A stretch of 22,683 nucleotides of DNA from Chthonomonadales bacterium (GTDB lineage Bacteria > Armatimonadota > Chthonomonadetes > Chthonomonadales > CAJBBX01), in the NCBI GenBank assembly GCA_049967475.1, contig JBMFSQ010000037.1, positions 1-22,683 of the forward strand, written 5' to 3'. Made by a program: the position numbers and the translations under genes. The notes beneath the pieces are model-generated. The model was not told where the DNA came from, ran no database searches, and was given only the letters and a program-made list of their open reading frames with translations. Below, in pieces: positions 18,113-22,683 of the stretch; within the stretch, counting starts at the first letter, position 1; every line of letters starts with the position of its first letter.

Positions 18113-20071
18113 ATGAGCGTATGGACCATGTGCGGCATAGCCTTCAGTTTTATGGTGGGTTTGAGCGCAAGGGCTCAAAAGGACGCTGTGCTCACTGTGG
18201 ATGCTGCATCCGCCAAAACAGGCCCCGCGATATCTCCCTACCTCTACGGGCAGTTCATTGAACACCTAGGCAGGTGCATCCATGGCGGCATCTGGGCCGA
18301 GATGCTGCAGGATCGCAAGTTTCTCCTCGAGCCGGGAAAGTCCTGGCAGGTGTTCAAGGCGGATGGGGCCGACTGCACAGTAGCCCACGACCCTGCCGGC
18401 GCCTATGCAGGAGATCATTGCATGGCGATTTGGCTTCGGAAAGCCGGCAACGGCCCCTGCGGCATCCGCCAAGGAGATCTGGGGCTTGTTGAAGGCCGCG
18501 AGTACGTGGGGTACGCGATATTGGCCCAAGTGGGTTCGCCGGCCCCGGTAGAGATCCGCCTCTCCTGGGGCACAGGTGAACGGGACGGCCAAACGGTTCG
18601 CCTGGACCACCTGGAACGCACCTACGGCCGGTATTCCTTCCGGTTCAAAGCCGGAGCCACTACGGACGCAGGCACCTTGACCCTTGCCGTACGCAATCCT
18701 ACGTTCTTGTGGATCGGATGCCTTTCGCTCATGCCGACGGACAACGTCGAAGGCATGCGCCCCGACGTTCTTGACCTGGTGCGCAGGCTCGCGCCGCCCA
18801 TCACACGATGGCCAGGCGGGAATTTCGTGTCCGGCTACCACTGGAAGGATGGTGTCGGGCCGAGGGACCGGCGCCCGCCCCGGTGGGAACGCGCATGGGG
18901 TGCGGTAGAAGACAACGACTTCGGCCTGGACGAGTTCCTGCGCTTCTGCCGCCTGGTAGGCACGGAACCTTACATCGCCGTCAACACGGGCCTTGGTTCC
19001 GTTGAGGAAGCCGCCGACGAGGTGGAATATGCCAACGGAGCGCCTACCAGCACGTGGGGATCCCGCAGGGCCGGCAACGGCCATCGGGAACCCTACGGCG
19101 TTCGGTGGTGGGGCATAGGCAACGAGATGTTCGGAGATTGGCAGCTCGGCCACGTTCCGTCTACTCAATATGCGTACCGCCACAACGCCTTTGTGGACGC
19201 CATGAAGGCAAAGGATGGCCGCATCCACATCATCGGCGTGGGAGCGCCGGGGCCATGGAACGACGTGATCCTGCCCCTGTGTGCCGCACATATGGATTTG
19301 CTCAGCGGCCATCACTACTCGGAACGAAGGTTCCGCATCCCCTTCTCGCCCCAAGATGCTGAACAATACCGGAACAACTTCCCCGCGTACTCCGCGTCGG
19401 TGGCCGAAGGCATACGCCGCATCGTCCAGGATCTTCGCAGCCGCCAAGCCGCCGGGAACAGCACGCTGCGGCACCTGGGCCTCGCCGTTGACGAATGGGG
19501 CATCGTGCGAGACTGGAACCCGGCGCCGGATGGACCCGGTGTAGGGCCTTTCGAACACTACTACTGCCTTGGCGACGCCATCGCTGCGGCGCGCGGCCTC
19601 AACGAGCTCTTGCGCAACTGCGACCTTGTGCACATGGCCAATTGGGCTCAAACAGTAAACGTGATCGGCGCCATCAAGACGACGCGGACGCAGGCGGTTC
19701 TGGATCCCGTGGGTCATGTGTTGGCTCTGTATCGGGCGCATTTAGCCGGCCGCCTAGCGAAGGTGTCTGTGCCCCCGGAGGTCCCCCTCGATGCTGTGTC
19801 TGCCGTCAGCAAACAAGGCAACATACTTTCGCTGGCCGTGGTGAACTTCGGGCCGTCACCACTTTCCGCCCGGCTTCACATCCTCGGTGCTGAGGTGCAG
19901 GATGCCTTGGATGTTTGGCATATTACCGGAACAGATCTTGGAGCTACCAACATCGCAGGGCAGCCCGAGGCAGTAACGACCTCGGCAGCGCCGGCAGAAA
20001 GCCGCCTGGCGGATACCCTTGTTTTGCCGGGCTATAGTGTGACCCTAATCCACGCCCGCTTGAAGCGATAG
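18113..20071 (+). CDS. Secreted GH51 alpha-L-arabinofuranosidase-like glycoside hydrolase with a CBM-like insertion
   Basis: Signal-peptide-like N-terminus, ISPYLYGQFIEHLGRCIHGG, RWPGGNF, FGLDEFL, WGIGNE (acid/base), AVDEWG (nucleophile), MANWAQTVNV. GGAGG RBS; start GTG 18110 or ATG 18113. Confidence 0.92.
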   Translation: MSVWTMCGIAFSFMVGLSARAQKDAVLTVDAASAKTGPAISPYLYGQFIEHLGRCIHGGIWAEMLQDRKFLLEPGKSWQVFKADGADCTVAHDPAGAYAGDHCMAIWLRKAGNGPCGIRQGDLGLVEGREYVGYAILAQVGSPAPVEIRLSWGTGERDGQTVRLDHLERTYGRYSFRFKAGATTDAGTLTLAVRNPTFLWIGCLSLMPTDNVEGMRPDVLDLVRRLAPPITRWPGGNFVSGYHWKDGVGPRDRRPPRWERAWGAVEDNDFGLDEFLRFCRLVGTEPYIAVNTGLGSVEEAADEVEYANGAPTSTWGSRRAGNGHREPYGVRWWGIGNEMFGDWQLGHVPSTQYAYRHNAFVDAMKAKDGRIHIIGVGAPGPWNDVILPLCAAHMDLLSGHHYSERRFRIPFSPQDAEQYRNNFPAYSASVAEGIRRIVQDLRSRQAAGNSTLRHLGLAVDEWGIVRDWNPAPDGPGVGPFEHYYCLGDAIAAARGLNELLRNCDLVHMANWAQTVNVIGAIKTTRTQAVLDPVGHVLALYRAHLAGRLAKVSVPPEVPLDAVSAVSKQGNILSLAVVNFGPSPLSARLHILGAEVQDALDVWHITGTDLGATNIAGQPEAVTTSAAPAESRLADTLVLPGYSVTLIHARLKR

Positions 20072-20319
20072 CACCGGCGCGTCCCGTGCAGGGGGCTGCT
20101 TCCATGAGGCCGTTGCTGCGCATCCCGACACCCCCACGGGGGAGGCATTCCAGCAGTTTCGGCGTGGTTGCCGTCGCTTGAAAGTTGTTGAGGAAGCACC
20201 GCCCGTGGCCGCGAGCGCGGCCGGAAGCCGCTCCAGGTGGCTTTACCGAGCATCACGCCGCCGGCCGAAAGCGATCCGGCGCTTGCCTTTCGCGGAACGA
20301 CACAAGAAAGGGCCGTGTC

Positions 20320-21102
20320 ATGGTGCCGTTGCATATCAGGGACTACCTTCTCTACGCCCCGGTTCACCTTGGAGGAACCGCCGGGCTGGCGCAATTGGAC
20401 ACCGGGGCCAGCCGCTCCTACGTGTATGCCGCGTTTGCAGAGGCTTTTCCCAAGGTAGGCTCAGCCCGCATCGGCGGCGCTTTGGGCGGCGGCAGCGTGG
20501 AGCGGTGCATCGTTCCGAATGTGGAGTTCGACGGTTGCTCCTTCAATGCCATCCACGCAGACGTACACGCCGATGATCCGCCTGCGCCCATAGAGGGCGG
20601 GGCGCCCATCCTGATGACCGCCGGCGCCGACATCCTCTAGAGCAAACCGCTGTACGTGGACCTCCGCGCCGGGCACGTGGGGTTTATCCAGGCAGATCCG
20701 CCTGAGGCGCTGGAGGCGGTGACGGAACTGCGTATGGAACGAGGCTTTGCCTTCTTCACCCTGCACATCGCATCGGCGCAACTCCATGCCCTTTTCGACA
20801 CAGGAGCCGGGTATTCGGTCCTCAACCGGAGATGCCTGGCCGAGGTAAAGGGGCAAGTGGAGGATTTGGGCTACGAGGCAGCCTCCGATCCCACAGGAGC
20901 TTCTGCTCGGGTGCCTCTCTTCAGGGCAGTGGAAGCCTGCATCGGGAAACGCACCCTCCCGCCTTTCCGGTTTCTGGCGATAGACCTCGGGCCTGTGGAA
21001 GAGCTGCTGGGCGTGCCGCTCGACTTCGTCTTCGGTGTCGAAGCCATGGCCGGCAGTGAGTGGATTGTGGATGGCAGGGCGTGCGTCCTGTGGAATGGCT
21101 AG
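20320..21102 (+). pseudogene. Two-domain retropepsin-like aspartyl protease interrupted by an in-frame TAG at 20638-20640 (pseudogene, readthrough or sequence error)
   Basis: Track ORFs 20185..20640 and 20656..21102 are in the same frame, separated only by TAG plus codons for SKPLY. Each half has a DTG motif (QLDTGASRSYV, LFDTGAGYSVL). Confidence 0.75.
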
Positions 21103-21109
21103 TCGCGCA

Positions 21110-21667
21110 TCACACATTGCGCTCGAGGTGGAGCAGGTTGAGGAACTCCTCCCGGGTGGGCCGAGACACCCTAAAGGTACCCCTCATCTCGCTGGAGGTA
21201 ACCTTGCTGCTCTGCTTTTGAACGCCGCGGGCCATCATACACAAGTGGCGGGCTTCCACCACTACGGCCACACCCCTGGGCTGCAAGACCTCCTCCAGGG
21301 CTTGGGCGATTTGCACCGTCATCCGTTCCTGAACTTGGAGCCGGCGGGCGAACACATCCACCAGCCGGGCGAGTTTGCTGATGCCGATGATCTTGCCGGC
21401 AGGCAGATAACCGATGTGGGCTTTGCCGAAGAAGGGCAAGAGATGGTGTTCGCACATGGAAAAGAACTCGATATCGCGCACGATCACCATATCTTCATAG
21501 GGTTCGTTGAATACAGCGCCGTTGACCACATCGTCCACGGTTTGGCGGTATCCGCGGGTGAGATACCGAAAAGCCTCGGCAGCCCGGCGCGGTGTCTTGA
21601 TAAGCCCTTCCCGCTCGGGATCTTCTCCAATCTCTCGCAGGATCTCCCTGAAATGTTCCTCGATCAC
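21110..21667 (-). CDS. folE: GTP cyclohydrolase I (type IA)
   Basis: [60 protein letters not shown] start overlaps the upstream stop (GTGA). Confidence 0.97.
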   Translation of the reverse strand: MIEEHFREILREIGEDPEREGLIKTPRRAAEAFRYLTRGYRQTVDDVVNGAVFNEPYEDMVIVRDIEFFSMCEHHLLPFFGKAHIGYLPAGKIIGISKLARLVDVFARRLQVQERMTVQIAQALEEVLQPRGVAVVVEARHLCMMARGVQKQSSKVTSSEMRGTFRVSRPTREEFLNLLHLERNV

Positions 21668-22416
21668 GTCTGCGCCCCCTGGATGCTATCTTCAGCCATA
21701 CGATACCGCAAATAGAGCTCGTCATGGTCCCGATACGCAGACACCAGTTGCAGAAGGCGCACCTGATTGCCTGGCAGGCCCGGCCCGTCCACCACGGTCG
21801 GCAAAGACGCTCCGCCCTTGAGCTTCGGCGCAAGCGTAAGAAAAAGCTCATCCACCAGACCGGCCTCTAAGAAAGAGAAGTTGAGCGTGGCACCACCCTC
21901 CAGAAGGAGCCTTTCGATGCTGTAGTGAGCGCGCAAAAGCTTTGCCGCCTCCCGCAGGTCCGGCGATGGCTGACCTAAAAGGACCAGGTGGAACCCCGCC
22001 CCGCGCAGAGCCTCCCGCTTTGAATGAACCAAGGTCTCGGGAGCGATTACGATCACTCTGTGGGGCCCATCCGTGAAGAAGCGGTTGCCGATGGGAAGGT
22101 CGCCGCTGGAAGTCACCACAACGCGCCAAAGATGGGGTGGGTACTCCACATGTCCCACGCGCAGAGTGCCGGCCCCCAGGATCGCTGCGTCCGCACACCC
22201 CTGCAGCCGCCTCATCAGGAGTTGATCGGTGGCGCTCCCGAGCCCCTTCGCTGTGGAACCCCGCGGCCCTTGGAGCGTTTTGCCGTCTACAGTAGCCACC
22301 ATGTTCATGAACACGTATGGCCGATGAAGCGGCGCGGGGGGAAACTCTATGCGGGTGTAAAGATCTTGGGGCGGTGTATCTGCGTCGAAAGCATCGAACA
22401 GGCGCTCGATTGCCAT
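21664..22416 (-). CDS. Stand-alone RibD C-terminal-type reductase (pyrimidine reductase / DHFR fold)
   Basis: [53 protein letters not shown]. No deaminase domain. GGAGG RBS supports ATG 22416. Confidence 0.88.
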   Translation of the reverse strand: MAIERLFDAFDADTPPQDLYTRIEFPPAPLHRPYVFMNMVATVDGKTLQGPRGSTAKGLGSATDQLLMRRLQGCADAAILGAGTLRVGHVEYPPHLWRVVVTSSGDLPIGNRFFTDGPHRVIVIAPETLVHSKREALRGAGFHLVLLGQPSPDLREAAKLLRAHYSIERLLLEGGATLNFSFLEAGLVDELFLTLAPKLKGGASLPTVVDGPGLPGNQVRLLQLVSAYRDHDELYLRYRMAEDSIQGAQT

Positions 22417-22578
22417 GCGCGCCTCCGAGTAGGTCGTGTGGAGTGTGTTATACCCCGCAGGAACCCGCTCGAAGCAAAGAGGTATTCTGAAGTTGATTTG
22501 CGAAATAGGATTCGTAGTGCGGAAGCCCCTTGAGAGCAGCACGTCCGCACCCACGCAATCTGGAGGCAGGAGAGAGCT

Positions 22579-22683
22579 ATGGAACCTGAGATCGGGACAA
22601 TGGGATCAGTGCTTGCAGAAGGTCGCACTTTCCCTCCCAGCCCGGAGTTTACCGCCCAGGCCAACGCCAAGGATCCCGCCATC
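22579..22683 (+). CDS. acs: Acetyl-CoA synthetase, N-terminal fragment (runs off the right edge)
   Basis: AGGAGA RBS. Manual translation MEPEIGTMGSVLAEGRTFPPSPEFTAQANAKDPAI resembles the typical Acs N-terminus (sVL.E.R.FpP..eF...A). Only 35 codons are visible. Confidence 0.7.
   Translation, partial: MEPEIGTMGSVLAEGRTFPPSPEFTAQANAKDPAI

Noticed and set aside
18266..19741. 491-aa minus-strand ORF, and similar shadows at 167..1081, 8011..9141, 11777..12904, 15109..15930 and 21035..21715
   Set aside because: Each lies opposite a well-supported gene and has no recognisable motifs.
20320..21102. Retroelement or prophage origin of the retropepsin-like protease
   Set aside because: No reverse transcriptase, integrase, terminal repeats or phage genes nearby; tandem-domain aspartyl proteases are ordinary bacterial proteins.
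1..22683. Genome-wide TAG reassignment (alternative genetic code)
   Set aside because: TAG ends seven genes here, most at family-typical C-termini; only one internal TAG was found.
1..22683. CRISPR array, tRNA/rRNA, IS element or cobalamin riboswitch
   Set aside because: By eye I found no regularly spaced repeats, tRNA/rRNA signatures, transposase ORF or B12-box in the intergenic regions; a covariance-model scan was not possible.

Overview
GC-rich bacterial chromosomal window with about 20 genes; I recognised no rRNA, tRNA, CRISPR array or mobile element. The left part is housekeeping-like: a partial hypothetical, HtrA protease, class II fructose-bisphosphate aldolase, GT2 glycosyltransferase, SAM methyltransferase, metallophosphoesterase, membrane TPR protein, DUF1844 protein, a hypothetical and RdgB. 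The centre (about 8.07-20.07 kb) is an accessory catabolic locus built around two divergent promoter regions. It has three divergent URO-D/MtaA-CmuA-superfamily genes, a secreted beta-helix (GH141-like) enzyme, a Tat-signal aldo/keto reductase, a Cys-type sulfatase with its radical-SAM maturase, and a secreted GH51 arabinofuranosidase. The two divergent regions share DNA motifs (AGGA-N10-GATGC and CAACGCCTC), suggesting co-regulation. The right end has a two-domain retropepsin-like aspartyl protease gene interrupted by one in-frame TAG, a RibD-C/DHFR-like reductase coupled to folE, and the start of acetyl-CoA synthetase. All functions come from motif recognition by eye, not database searches. 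An Armatimonadota-like host is only a weak inference from gene content.
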